A DNA stretch of 64,000 nucleotides from Candidatus Poribacteria bacterium (GTDB taxonomy: Bacteria > Poribacteria > WGA-4E > JAJDTR01): the NCBI GenBank assembly GCA_965222225.1, contig CBDCTK010000002.1, positions 3,424,001-3,488,000 on the forward strand. Reading direction: 5' to 3'. The notes beneath the pieces were generated by a model that did no database searches, had not been told where the DNA came from, and was given only the letters and a program-made list of their open reading frames with translations. This document shows, one piece after another, positions 39,457-49,648 of this stretch; the first letter of the stretch is position 1, and every line of letters starts with the position of its first letter. A program made the position numbers and the translations under genes.

Positions 39457-40776
39457 TTATGCCAACGCGTCACGGACGGGTCTTCCGCCGCGCGAGAGCA
39501 CAACGCGAACTCCTTCTGGAGATTCGAGACTTTGGTTGTAGTCGATTCCGAGGCAATGATAAATTGTCGCTGACAGATCCTCGGGACGAACCGGAGTTTC
39601 AGCAGGTTCCGTGCCTCGTGGATCCGATGACCCAACAACTGTTCCACCTTTGATTCCGCCGCCAGCCATCATAATGGAGAACACCTTCGGATGATGGTCT
39701 CGTCCTACGTCCCGGTTGATCACCGGGGTTCGTCCAAATTCACCCATTGCGATAACTAGCGTGCTATCTAACAGGCCGCGCTCGGAAAGATCGCCGATAA
39801 GCGCCGACACTGTTTGGTCAAAGCCGCCGAGTTTGCCGGCAAGCGCCGGGAAGATGTTCGTATGAGTGTCCCATCCGCCGTTCGATACGGTGACAAACCC
39901 GACGCCTGATTCAACGAGCCGCCTAGCTAGCAAGCAACTCTGTCCAAAGTCATCACGCCGATACGAATCCCTGACGTTATCCGGCTCTTGCCGGAGATCG
40001 AACGCCTCCCGCGCCTCCGACGAGCTAATCAGGTTGTAAGCCGCAGTATAGAAGTCATCGACACTACGCACTCGTTCACTGCCGCTTTCATGTTTCTTGA
40101 ACGCTGCATCAACCGTCTGGCGCAACGAGCGACGTCGGTCAAGACGCTCCATCGCAATCCCCTTGGGCGGATGGAGATCATGTACTTGGAAGTCATCCCG
40201 CGACGGAGCTCCGCCGACCGAAAACGGATCTAGTGCCGCCCCAAGAAATCCCGCGCCGGAATAATCGAACGCGGTAGGAATCGCGATATAAGGCGGCAGC
40301 GCGGAACGCGATCCTTTTAGTTTTGCAACAACCGATCCGTAACTCGGAACAGCAAATCCGGGTAGCGGTTGGAATCCCGTCATCAAGTAGTGCGTACCAC
40401 GCCCGTGATCTGCCTCTATCGAAGTCATCGATCGAATGACACAGATTTTGTCCATCTGCTTGGCAATTCGTGGCATGTGTTCGCAAATCTCGATTCCGGG
40501 GACATTTGTGCCTATGGGTTTGAAAAATCCGCGAACTTCCTGCGGCGCATCCGGTTTCAGGTCCCACAAATCAAGATGGCTTGGCCCACCGCCCATCCAA
40601 ATCAGAATCACTGACTTTGCGGTTCCCTCTCGACCGTCTGCCGGGGATGCGAACGCTTTAAGCCGGAGGAAATCCGCCATACCGAGCCCAAACAGTCCGA
40701 GAGCGCCAACTTTCAGAAAATCGCGACGGTGAAAACCCTCGCAATCTGTGCAGTGCGCCAAATTTTTTCGCTTCAT
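39457..40776 (-). CDS. DUF1501 domain protein
   Basis: RRDFLK Tat-like motif, GGGPSHLDLWDLKP, LLARRLVE.GV, WDTH, GEFGRTP. Confidence 0.92.
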   Translation of the reverse strand: MKRKNLAHCTDCEGFHRRDFLKVGALGLFGLGMADFLRLKAFASPADGREGTAKSVILIWMGGGPSHLDLWDLKPDAPQEVRGFFKPIGTNVPGIEICEHMPRIAKQMDKICVIRSMTSIEADHGRGTHYLMTGFQPLPGFAVPSYGSVVAKLKGSRSALPPYIAIPTAFDYSGAGFLGAALDPFSVGGAPSRDDFQVHDLHPPKGIAMERLDRRRSLRQTVDAAFKKHESGSERVRSVDDFYTAAYNLISSSEAREAFDLRQEPDNVRDSYRRDDFGQSCLLARRLVESGVGFVTVSNGGWDTHTNIFPALAGKLGGFDQTVSALIGDLSERGLLDSTLVIAMGEFGRTPVINRDVGRDHHPKVFSIMMAGGGIKGGTVVGSSDPRGTEPAETPVRPEDLSATIYHCLGIDYNQSLESPEGVRVVLSRGGRPVRDALA

Positions 40777-40933
40777 GGTAATCACCTTTCTCATTTAGCA
40801 AAATTGCAACTCAAAACAACAGCTTGCGATTCAACTGATTTTATCACATCAATCTACAGAATGTCGCTCATCAATCCCCAAGATTCGCGCTATTCCGAGA
40901 ATTTATCCCGCTTTTGTTTGAGTCCCATTTGAG

Positions 40934-43123
40934 TTAGTTGATAAACAAGAATGATCTGGAAGAAACAACTGCCCAAAGCAAGTCTTCAAAACCTTCCTGT
41001 CGTGATGGACTTCCCGCAATGTATTGATTTGCCTCAGTCAACTCTATTTCTGAGGGCGAACGACTTAAGACCTTGAGATAAAGATCGGTTATTGCCTGTT
41101 CATCCGTCTGCTCGGAACCAATCAGACGCGTGATTATGTTGTTGTCTGCACTAATTTTGTCGTTGACATACGGAGAATTGATAATGTGTAATGCTTGTGT
41201 AAGTGTCGGTTCAAGCTTCGGTTCAAGTTCCGAGAGGACCTCTCGATTCGACATGCCGAAAAGCGATAGAAACCTTCGACCAACCGGCAACGGCAATTGG
41301 ACAGCCCGCGTACCCATCGGATATTGTCCAAAGTTCTCCCGAACTTCCACTACATCGTTCAATGCATCAAGGAACACCTGCGCAAGCATTGGTCGCGGGT
41401 AAAAGCGAGAGAAAAAGCGGTCATCAAGTTCGTTTGTTTCGTTGGGAATGGAAGACAATTGATAAGTCCTCGAATTCAAGATAAGTCTAATAGCGTGTTT
41501 CGTATCGAAACCGCTACGCACAAAATCCTCCGATAACGCTTCCAATAATCCTTCCACGGTCGCAGGCGTAGTTTCGCGCATGTCGTCAACCGGATGAATA
41601 ATCCCTCTGCCGAAATAGTTGCTCCAGAGTCGATTTACCGTCGCCTTGGCAAAAAATGGATTGGTTGGAGAGGTCATCCAGTCTGCGAGTAACTCCACGT
41701 AATCGCCCTGATACCGTTGTTCCACCGGATCGCCACCGAGAACGGTGGGAACCGCTTCCTCCCCTCGGTTGCCCAGCACCGATTGATTGATGACTTGCCC
41801 CGTTGGGTTGTAGTAAATAACTCGTTCTTGGTACAGTTTGCCATCACGCGTCGCAACCTTTCCGCTGAACGCTGCAAAGTTCCAATAATCATCCGTCGTC
41901 CACCGATCAAATGGATGTTTATGGCAGCGCGCACAAGTCAAACGCAATCCGAGAAATGCTTGGGCTGTTGTTTCGGCACGGCCATCGGGATTCACTTCAA
42001 TGCGATAATAATTTGCAGGCCCGACCTGATAGGTGCTACCCCGTGCCATAAGTATCTCTCGAACGAATTGGTCATAAGGTTCGTTTTCTTTAACACTCTT
42101 AAGTATCCACTCGTGAAAGAGGGTTGCGCTCCGCATGTCCAGTCCGGCACCGCCGAGCAACCGCGGATGACACCGCAGCATGTCACCGAGCCTTAACGTA
42201 CGAAGGTCAATAAATTCGGGTCGTTCGAGGAGTTCATCAATCAAAGCCGCTCTCTTGTTGACATCGCGGTTTTCAACAAACGCTTTTAGTTCATCGGGTG
42301 TCGGCAACTTTGCGATGGTATCCAAGTAGACGCGCCGGATGAACTCCTCATCGCTCGAAAGCGCTGATGGAACGACATTAAGCTTTTTCAGCTTCGATCC
42401 GACAAAAGTATCAATAAAGTTGTTTGCTGGAAATTCAGGATAATCATCCAACCCACTCTCGCGCGGCATAGTCACGAATGCGGCGGAAACTTGCCCCAAG
42501 AATCGCGCGAGAATTGCTGTCCCACCCCAACGCATGCTGGTCACTAATCCATCTTCGCTTACCTCTGCAATCGGCTCATCACTCGATTCATAAACCGTTT
42601 TGTGCGTAACATCTTCTACGGATCCATCCGTAAAATACGCCAAAGCCTTGAGTTGTTGAGTGTCGCCAACCGCTGGTAGAACGAATTCGTCCGGATACAC
42701 CTCTAGACGTTCAATGCGCGGATCCGAAGGCGAAAACGGCGCTCCTGCCTCCAGCCAGCGCAGAATCGTGAGATATTCTTCGGAATTGACGCTAAAACGC
42801 ATTCCGCCCTCGTGGCTTACCTGTTCCGTAGGTTTAAGCAGAAACAGACTGCGATCTGGTTCAATTAAATTCACGCGCCTTCCGCGGCTGTCGGTAACAA
42901 TCGGTTGATAATCAGCCTCCGGATCCAGTGTAAGTAGTGAAAGATCAAACCCTCCCTGCCCCCCAAATTTTCCGTGGCAGAGCGCTGTTGAGCACCCGCT
43001 CCGATCCAGTATGGGCGCAACGTCATTGAGAAATCGCGGAACACCATCATCGGTTTTTGCCTGCGCAACTGCCGCGGTGCATACGATGACCACAATCGCC
43101 GTCCACAGAATTGTCCGCACCAT
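40934..43123 (-). CDS. DUF1549/DUF1553 domain protein with Ig-like domain
   Basis: CSTALCHG, EFIRRVYLD, CARCHKHP, NRLW..YFGRGI..PVDD. Confidence 0.9.
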   Translation of the reverse strand: MVRTILWTAIVVIVCTAAVAQAKTDDGVPRFLNDVAPILDRSGCSTALCHGKFGGQGGFDLSLLTLDPEADYQPIVTDSRGRRVNLIEPDRSLFLLKPTEQVSHEGGMRFSVNSEEYLTILRWLEAGAPFSPSDPRIERLEVYPDEFVLPAVGDTQQLKALAYFTDGSVEDVTHKTVYESSDEPIAEVSEDGLVTSMRWGGTAILARFLGQVSAAFVTMPRESGLDDYPEFPANNFIDTFVGSKLKKLNVVPSALSSDEEFIRRVYLDTIAKLPTPDELKAFVENRDVNKRAALIDELLERPEFIDLRTLRLGDMLRCHPRLLGGAGLDMRSATLFHEWILKSVKENEPYDQFVREILMARGSTYQVGPANYYRIEVNPDGRAETTAQAFLGLRLTCARCHKHPFDRWTTDDYWNFAAFSGKVATRDGKLYQERVIYYNPTGQVINQSVLGNRGEEAVPTVLGGDPVEQRYQGDYVELLADWMTSPTNPFFAKATVNRLWSNYFGRGIIHPVDDMRETTPATVEGLLEALSEDFVRSGFDTKHAIRLILNSRTYQLSSIPNETNELDDRFFSRFYPRPMLAQVFLDALNDVVEVRENFGQYPMGTRAVQLPLPVGRRFLSLFGMSNREVLSELEPKLEPTLTQALHIINSPYVNDKISADNNIITRLIGSEQTDEQAITDLYLKVLSRSPSEIELTEANQYIAGSPSRQEGFEDLLWAVVSSRSFLFIN

Positions 43124-43246
43124 TTTTCCCTCCCGAAATCTTTCTGCAAATCCAAGTCGCTTCGTTTACTGTGTTTTTACAATTTCCACTCGGGCTACCA
43201 ACAACCATCTACGCAAGTATGAGTCCACTTATACCATCCCATCTAA

Positions 43247-43275
43247 AGTATATCATAATACTCCTGCGGTGTCAA
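43247..43275 (-). promoter_or_regulatory. Putative sigma70 promoter for DUF1549/DUF1501
   Basis: Minus strand TTGACA-17 nt-TATACT with extended TG. Confidence 0.6.
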
Positions 43276-43333
43276 CACCTGACAAGCAAGAAATTTCCTT
43301 TAATTAACCTAACCCAAGTTGCTATCCATTCCT

Positions 43334-43391
43334 GTAGGTCGGGATCAAGCGACTGAAAAAGGAGCGCGATAGAAATCCCTTCTAGCCCGAC
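43334..43391 (+). repeat. GTAG palindrome interrupted by a GA-hairpin unit (43344-43379)
   Basis: GTAGGTCGGG[unit]TTCTAGCCCGAC. Confidence 0.9.
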
Positions 43392-43560
43392 CCGCAAATA
43401 TGCCATGGATTGGCAATTTACTCCAAGCAGTGATTGGCTCGATTCAACTCACATTCTCCCGGTATGCAACATTTTCTATAAGTAACAACTTGGGGTAATT
43501 ATGTGATTTGTGATGTTTGCTTATGATGAGAATTTGACATCGCTGTTACTGCGGACGTCG

Positions 43561-43641
43561 GTAGCAGCGATAAACTGAGCGAATAGATTGAGCGAGCGAA
43601 CGAATAATGAGGGCGATAGAGATTCCTCTCCGGATCGCGAC
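43561..43641 (+). repeat. GTAG palindrome interrupted by a prefix plus a GA-hairpin unit (43591-43626)
   Basis: GTAGCAGCG[...]TCTCCGGATCGCGAC. Confidence 0.82.
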
Positions 43642-43716
43642 CTACAGGTTTCTAGCAGCGAATTTCGATCGTCATATCGAAGATGGAATCCCCTCTTTGC
43701 ACGTCCGGTAGGGTAT

Positions 43717-43767
43717 TCATTTAACGATATGCTGTCATTTAAGGATATACTGTTTAAGGATATACTG
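43717..43767 (+). repeat. Three tandem 15-18 nt direct repeats upstream of the polymerase promoter
   Basis: TCATTTAACGATATGCTG TCATTTAAGGATATACTG TTTAAGGATATACTG. Confidence 0.8.
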
Positions 43768-43837
43768 GCTGAAAATTTCGATTTTTGTAGAAACGGGCAA
43801 TAAATTGCGCTACCACGAACTTTTTTTCAATTTAGGC

Positions 43838-43866
43838 TTGACATGCTTACGGAGAGAATATACACT
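43838..43866 (+). promoter_or_regulatory. Putative sigma70 promoter of the polymerase gene
   Basis: TTGACA-17 nt-TACACT, overlapped by the inverted repeat CTTAA-6-TTAAG. Confidence 0.6.
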
Positions 43867-43949
43867 TAATGTGTGTTAAGTTTATTTGAATGGGATAATC
43901 TGCGCTGAGAAACCCCTTTCCCCCTACGAAAGGGCTTTAAAGCACGACA

Positions 43950-46052
43950 ATGTATCCATCCACTAATATGAACCCCTCAACCGAATTGGCACAGCGGTTA
44001 ACAGACTGCTCCTCAGGCTGGATAGAAGCCATTGATACTGCCATAGTCCGAGGGACTGCCGAGCCTATTCTACTTGAAGCCACACAATGCTGGCGAGCCG
44101 GGGCGTACGAACACGCTGATTTGCTTGTGGCAATGGGCGAAACGGTAGATCACACCGTCGTCACCGAGAAAGAGACGTTGGCATCGGTCCTTATGCCTCT
44201 TGCGGATGCTGATGTCGTTGCGATTGATACGGAAACGTATGCCCCTTCTGAAGTCCGTACTAGGGCAGAATGTGCGGAATTTGAATTTTCGCACCTAAAG
44301 TCTATGCTTGCACTCGCTAGAGAAACAGTTAGGCTGGCGACAACACAGGCACAAAAGCGGGCGGCGAAAGCCATGTGTGATGCGACTAAAGATCAACTCA
44401 AAGCGGCGAAGGCGAGGCTCAAAAACGCGAAGACATCACTCAAAGAGGCGGGTTTGGATCCGCATCAATCAAGAATCCGGCTGATTCAACTAGTGGCGAA
44501 AAACCAACCCGTGATCGTGGTTGATCTTGATGCCTTTGATAGTGTGAGTGAATTGCAACCACTTCAATGGGTGTTGATGAACGATGCCGTGAAAGTATTT
44601 CACAATGCGAATTTTGACATAAAAATGTTGTGGTCAAGCGGTTTCAATGTGAACGGTCAGATTTTCGACACAATGCTCGCGGCGAGGTTGCTCAGTCCGT
44701 CTGGGCGTGTCACTTTAACCGAAGTTGCCCGCACATATCTTGATATATCGCTGCCTAAAGGAGCGCAGACGAGCGACTGGAGCGGTGATTTGACTGATTC
44801 GCAACTGCTTTACGCCGCCCACGATGCACGGATACTCCTACGTCTGGGAGAATGTTTGAAATCGCGGCTCGCCGATGATGCCCTCACCGAAATTGCAAAG
44901 ATTGAGTTCGATTGTGTTCGGGCGACCGCAGAAATGGAATACTCCGGAATGAAGCTGGACACAGATCAAATAAACCGTTATCGGCGTCGCGTCGAAGCTC
45001 GACGGATGGAACTTCAAACAATTTTATACGGTTATCTGGGAGAGATAAACCTCGCCAGTCCAATCCAACTCAAAACTGCACTGGCAAAAGCCGGTGTTGA
45101 GGCGGAAAGTACATCCCGGCGCGCGCTATATTTCCTGGTCGGTAGTCATCCCTGCATTTCAGCCTTATTGACGTACAAGAAGCTATCCACCCTAATAACT
45201 TCATTCTTTAACCCGGTTCCAAGGGCAACCTCTACCCACACAGGACGCGTACACGCAAATTACTGGCAACTCGGCGCAGCGACGGGTCGATTTTCCTGCT
45301 CCGGTCCAAACTTCCAACAGGTGCCTCGCGACTTGGACGTGCGAAGATGCTTTATCGCTGAATCTGGCAAAACATTGGTAATTGCCGATTATTCACAGAT
45401 TGAATTACGTGTCGCAGCGGCAATCAGCACTGATCGAAAAATGATTGAGGCGTACCGCAACGGTGAGGACTTGCATCGACTGACCGCTTCACTCGTGCAA
45501 AATATCTCTCCAGCGAACGTGACTCAAGAACAACGCAATGCTGCCAAGGCGATTAATTTTGGATTGATTTACGGGATGGGCCCAAAAGGCTTGATGTATT
45601 CGGCGAAAGCTAATTACGGTGTCGAGATGAGTTTGGTGGAAGCCGAGACATTCAAAAGACGTTATTTTGAGGCGTATTCCGGAATTCGCGCGTGGCATCG
45701 GAAATCAGGCTGGGAATTGAAATACACCAACAAGCAGAGAACGCTTTGCGGCAGGCGGTTCGTCTGGCGGGAGCCGCCATCGTTTACGGTCTTTGTGAAT
45801 CGGCAGGTGCAGGGGACAGCCGCTGACATCGCAAAAATTGCCCTGGGGCGCCTTCCATTTGCCCTAAAGGGAACGGAAGCAAAAATCATTGCAATGATTC
45901 ATGATGAAATCATTATCGAAGTCCCGGAAGCGAACGCCCACGACGCCGCTGCGATTCTCCAGCGGACGATGGAAACCGCCGCTAACGAAGTCCTGAAAAC
46001 CGTACCCGTTGTTGCAGAAGCCCGAATCGCTGACAACTGGGCGCAAAAGTAA
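43950..46052 (+). CDS. Family A DNA polymerase with 3'-5' exonuclease and no 5' nuclease domain
   Basis: Exo I DTET, Exo II HNANFD, Exo III YAAHD; TGRFSC, motif A DYSQIELR, motif B KAINFGLIYG, motif C HDE. Confidence 0.92.
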   Translation: MYPSTNMNPSTELAQRLTDCSSGWIEAIDTAIVRGTAEPILLEATQCWRAGAYEHADLLVAMGETVDHTVVTEKETLASVLMPLADADVVAIDTETYAPSEVRTRAECAEFEFSHLKSMLALARETVRLATTQAQKRAAKAMCDATKDQLKAAKARLKNAKTSLKEAGLDPHQSRIRLIQLVAKNQPVIVVDLDAFDSVSELQPLQWVLMNDAVKVFHNANFDIKMLWSSGFNVNGQIFDTMLAARLLSPSGRVTLTEVARTYLDISLPKGAQTSDWSGDLTDSQLLYAAHDARILLRLGECLKSRLADDALTEIAKIEFDCVRATAEMEYSGMKLDTDQINRYRRRVEARRMELQTILYGYLGEINLASPIQLKTALAKAGVEAESTSRRALYFLVGSHPCISALLTYKKLSTLITSFFNPVPRATSTHTGRVHANYWQLGAATGRFSCSGPNFQQVPRDLDVRRCFIAESGKTLVIADYSQIELRVAAAISTDRKMIEAYRNGEDLHRLTASLVQNISPANVTQEQRNAAKAINFGLIYGMGPKGLMYSAKANYGVEMSLVEAETFKRRYFEAYSGIRAWHRKSGWELKYTNKQRTLCGRRFVWREPPSFTVFVNRQVQGTAADIAKIALGRLPFALKGTEAKIIAMIHDEIIIEVPEANAHDAAAILQRTMETAANEVLKTVPVVAEARIADNWAQK

Positions 46053-46108
46053 CAAACACCCGTGTCGGTCAACGGGCGAGTGAGTTTCCCAAACATGCTG
46101 CGCGGTTG

Positions 46109-46137
46109 TTGACATCCTTTTGAATTCCTGATAAAAT
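46109..46137 (+). promoter_or_regulatory. Putative sigma70 promoter
   Basis: TTGACA-17 nt-TAAAAT with extended TG. Confidence 0.55.
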
Positions 46138-46181
46138 ACGCGCACCTAGCCCGAAACAGAACTTCTGCGGTTGAACCCCCG

Positions 46182-46238
46182 GTAGGAGCGATCTCCGAAT
46201 CGATCAACCGAACGAATAGTGAGGGCGATAGCTTTTCT
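46182..46238 (+). repeat. GTAG palindrome truncated by a GA-hairpin unit (from 46203)
   Basis: GTAGGAGCGATCTCCGAATCG then ATCAA CC GA AC GAATA GT GA GG GCGATAG. Confidence 0.85.
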
Positions 46239-46363
46239 CCAAAACTCATGACATGGATGCACTGTCATTTTAGAGAACTGGTATTATAATTCAGCGATTC
46301 ACCCCGGTTCCCATGCTGCGGGAGCTTTAATAGCCACCGACGACTAATCCTTAAGGACAACAA

Positions 46364-47749
46364 ATGATAGACACAACCTATCTCCTCAACGACAAACAGA
46401 TGCGGGATTTCATCGTTAACGGGTATGTGATTGTCAAGACGGATCTGCCACGGGATTTTCACGATGAGATTTACAAAGCCACAAACACAGTGTTTGAAAA
46501 GGAGGGCAATCCGGGCAACAACCTTTTGCCTCGCATTCCCGAAATTCAGCGTGTGCTCGAAGACCAGACCGTCCGTGGCGCGTTGACGAGTCTCTTAGGC
46601 GCGGATTACTATATGCAGCCCCATCGCCACCCCCATATTAACCCGCCAAAAAGCAAGGGGCAAAACCTGCATCAGGATGGCGGCAAACGCTGGTCGCATC
46701 GGACGCGTCGTTTGCTGGTCTTCTACTATCCACAGGACACGCCGGAAGAGTTGGGCCCCACCAGTATTGTTCCGGGGAGCCACTACTATTGTACCCCTGA
46801 AGGCGGTAAGATTCGGGGCGAAGTTCCACTTTCCGGAGAATCCGGCACCGTGACCATCGCGAACTACGACCTTTGGCATAGGGCTATGCCCAATCGAACC
46901 GACATGCCTCGCTACATGATGAAATTCCTTTCCGCCCGCATGTCGGAACCCGATTCACCTTCATGGAATACTGACCAGCCGGACTGGATGAGCGACACAC
47001 CAATTGGCAACCCCGAGCATCAGACATTGTTCAAGCATGTTTGGGATTGGCACCACGGCAAAACTACTTCAAATACTGAAGCCAACGGTGCTCCCGGTGA
47101 CGCGATAATAAGCAAACTGATAGCAACGCTGTACGATGGCGGCGAGTCGGTATGCCTCCGCGCTGCATATCAACTAGCCGCATTCGGCGTGCTAGCTATT
47201 CCCGACTTGGTAGCGCTGTTGGAGGAAGAATCAGAAGTCGTCCGTCGAAATGTGTGCTATGCCTTGAGTGCCATCGGTGCGCCCGCCGTCGCCCCCCTGA
47301 TTCACGCCCTGGAAGCTAAGAATTGGTGGACCAGTGATAGCGCGGCGGAAGTGCTGGGAGATATGGGACTTGATGCGCAGGAAGCCGTGCCGGCGCTGAT
47401 GCGTGCGGTGCGAGACGAATCGGATGCTGTCCGCTCTCATGCTGCGGAGGCATTGGGAACAACAGGGCAATTATCCGCCGCCGCTGTCCCGGCGCTGATT
47501 ACCGCACTGCAGGATGCGGAAGGATCCGTCCGTCGCAACGCGGTGTTCGCGTTGGCTCAGCTGGGACCGCACGCTAGGGATGCCGTACACGCACTACAGA
47601 ATGTCCTCTTCGACGAAAACCGATATGTGCGTGGAGACGCTGTGAACGCGCTTCATCGTATTGGCACAAAGGAGGCGTCGGATGTGTTGCTTCGCTATCT
47701 AACCATGTTCCGCTGGTGCCCGTTGACCACCCGAGAGAGTACGCATTAA
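46364..47749 (+). CDS. PhyH family dioxygenase fused to HEAT repeats
   Basis: LHQD, YYPQDTP, VPGSH, LWHR; VRRN..AL / AVPAL HEAT repeats. Confidence 0.9.
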   Translation: MIDTTYLLNDKQMRDFIVNGYVIVKTDLPRDFHDEIYKATNTVFEKEGNPGNNLLPRIPEIQRVLEDQTVRGALTSLLGADYYMQPHRHPHINPPKSKGQNLHQDGGKRWSHRTRRLLVFYYPQDTPEELGPTSIVPGSHYYCTPEGGKIRGEVPLSGESGTVTIANYDLWHRAMPNRTDMPRYMMKFLSARMSEPDSPSWNTDQPDWMSDTPIGNPEHQTLFKHVWDWHHGKTTSNTEANGAPGDAIISKLIATLYDGGESVCLRAAYQLAAFGVLAIPDLVALLEEESEVVRRNVCYALSAIGAPAVAPLIHALEAKNWWTSDSAAEVLGDMGLDAQEAVPALMRAVRDESDAVRSHAAEALGTTGQLSAAAVPALITALQDAEGSVRRNAVFALAQLGPHARDAVHALQNVLFDENRYVRGDAVNALHRIGTKEASDVLLRYLTMFRWCPLTTRESTH

Positions 47750-47756
47750 AAAATAA

Positions 47757-49005
47757 CGGAATTAGTAGCTTGTAGCTTTTAGACTGACGACAAACATAAA
47801 ACTTGGTACCCTGTCGTAAATCTTTTCGTCACACGTAGATGTCCATAGTGACTATTCTTCTCGTAGGAGTTTGCTATGGACATTTTGAATCTTATGAAAG
47901 AGTTTCCAAATCAAGAATCTTGTCTCAGATTTATAGAGGAAAAACGTTGGAAGGACGGTGTTTGCTGTATCCACTGTGGCAGTGAAAAAGTTGGACGCAA
48001 GAACAAAAACGACATTACTACTGGTTGGAATTGCTACGATTGTGAATCTAGCTTTTCGGCTACAGCAGGAACCATCTTCCATGGTACCAAGATACCTCTC
48101 CAGAAATGGTTTTTGGCTATCTCAATTCTTTCCAATGCCAAGAAAAGCATATCGAGTTGTCAGCTTGCTCGTGACTTGGACATGAATCAAAAGTCCGCTT
48201 GGTATATGGCAATGCGCCTCCGTGAGAAAATGAGTGATAGTGATGAATTGCTGAAAGGGATAGTTGAAGCGGACGAAACCTATGTCGGCGGCAAACCCAG
48301 AGCAAAATCTAAGAGAGGTAGAGGCACAAATAAATCTCCCGTCATCGGCGTAGTCGAGAGAGGCGGTCGGGTGGTTGCTAAATTCATGAAGGTTCTATCT
48401 GGTGAAAATATCAGAGAATTCATCCTTAGCAATGTCTCACCCGATGAGTCTATTCTTATGACTGATGAATTTCGCTCTTACAATAGTCTGGACGAAGATA
48501 TCGAAAGACATGTTATCCATCACCAAGAGAGATATGTTTCTGAGGACGGCGTAACTCACACCAACACCATCGAGTCGTTTTGGGCTTGTGTCAAGAGGTC
48601 ATTCTACGGAACGCATCATCACTACAGCAAGAAGTGGCTGCCACTGTATATCATGGAGTCTTGCTGGAAATATAATCGCAGAAAAGATGATGAGATTTTC
48701 ATAAGATTTTTTGATGAATGCTTCACCTGAGCCACATGAATTGTTTGGCTATCGGTATATTCTGTCAACGACAACATCATGGTGTGCTGAAAATCCCATA
48801 GTGTTGGAAATTAAAATCCCGCAGATAACCCGCAATGCTCCCGCGAGCATGTACAAACGCTTGGTCAACATGATATGCCTCCATTTCTCTCTTATAGAGA
48901 TGTATTTTAGTGTGAATCAAGATTCCGAACACTGTCTAAAATGATTGTACATTAAGAAGAGAAAAGCAAGCAAATCGACCAAAAAGCAGTTAACTACTAA
49001 GTCCC
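47757..49005 (+). mobile_element. IS1595-family insertion sequence, 1249 bp
   Basis: IRL CGGAATTAGTAGCTTGTAGCTTTT vs IRR (reverse complement) GGGACTTAGTAGTTAACTGCTTTT, 17/24 match; 8-bp TSD AAAAATAA at 47749-47756 and 49006-49013. Confidence 0.88.
47876..48730 (+). CDS. IS1595 family transposase
   Basis: Zn ribbon CIHC...CYDC, VEADETYVGG, TDE, HTNTIESFW. Confidence 0.95.
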   Translation: MDILNLMKEFPNQESCLRFIEEKRWKDGVCCIHCGSEKVGRKNKNDITTGWNCYDCESSFSATAGTIFHGTKIPLQKWFLAISILSNAKKSISSCQLARDLDMNQKSAWYMAMRLREKMSDSDELLKGIVEADETYVGGKPRAKSKRGRGTNKSPVIGVVERGGRVVAKFMKVLSGENIREFILSNVSPDESILMTDEFRSYNSLDEDIERHVIHHQERYVSEDGVTHTNTIESFWACVKRSFYGTHHHYSKKWLPLYIMESCWKYNRRKDDEIFIRFFDECFT

Positions 49006-49148
49006 AAAAATAATCATCTGATTTAAAGCAAACTTCGGGAACAAATTTTATGTTCTGACACGGCTCACGGCGCTCCGATTCTCCTGCCGCTCCTGCTAGA
49101 TTAACAAATCCAGCAGATATTGAGTTCGAGTCTCCCGCTCCAGAGTAA

Positions 49149-49184
49149 ATCAAACGACTGGACAGGGAGTGCGATAGAGATCCC
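49149..49184 (+). repeat. GA-hairpin unit
   Basis: ATCAA AC GA CT GGACA GG GA GT GCGAT AGAGATCCC. Confidence 0.88.
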
Positions 49185-49303
49185 CATGTTGATAGAAAGC
49201 GTGCATAACTTCAATCTTCTGCTCCAAAGGAGCAGCATGTTTATAGATAACAGTAGACCCATCATCTTCGGAGGGATGACTTATTAAGGATGGCGCGAAA
49301 GAA

Positions 49304-49333
49304 AATCTTCCACTCTTCCATCCTTCCAATCTT
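49304..49333. repeat. CTTCC 8-nt-period tandem repeat
   Basis: AATCTTCCACTCTTCCATCCTTCCAATCTT. Confidence 0.7.
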
Positions 49334-49648
49334 ACTGTTCCTAACGAAAGTAGCGTCAATTCTGAGATATCAAATTGTCTTGAGCCGCAACTACGGATTC
49401 ATACCAAAATTTCATACCCCCATTCCCATGGCTTCAATGTCGAAACTGGGTAGAATCCAGTCATAGCACAAGTGTTTCCCCTTTTCTGTCTCTATTGAAA
49501 ACCCGCGTTTGTTATGAAAAGTATGAAAAATATGAAATTTCCCACGACGGCATAACGATGTTTTTCAAGTCGCGCCTAGGACTTTCAAGCAAACTCTAAC
49601 TGTACACCGAACTACATCCCGGCAAAAGTCAATTGAGGTGAAGTTGAA

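Noticed and set aside
43950-46052. Polymerase as canonical polA or part of a prophage
   Set aside because: No 5' nuclease domain and no phage genes nearby, so no gene symbol was assigned.
49122-49142. GAGTTCGAGTCTC...CCA as a tRNA 3' fragment or att site
   Set aside because: Only a 3-bp T-stem, no cloverleaf upstream and no integrase.
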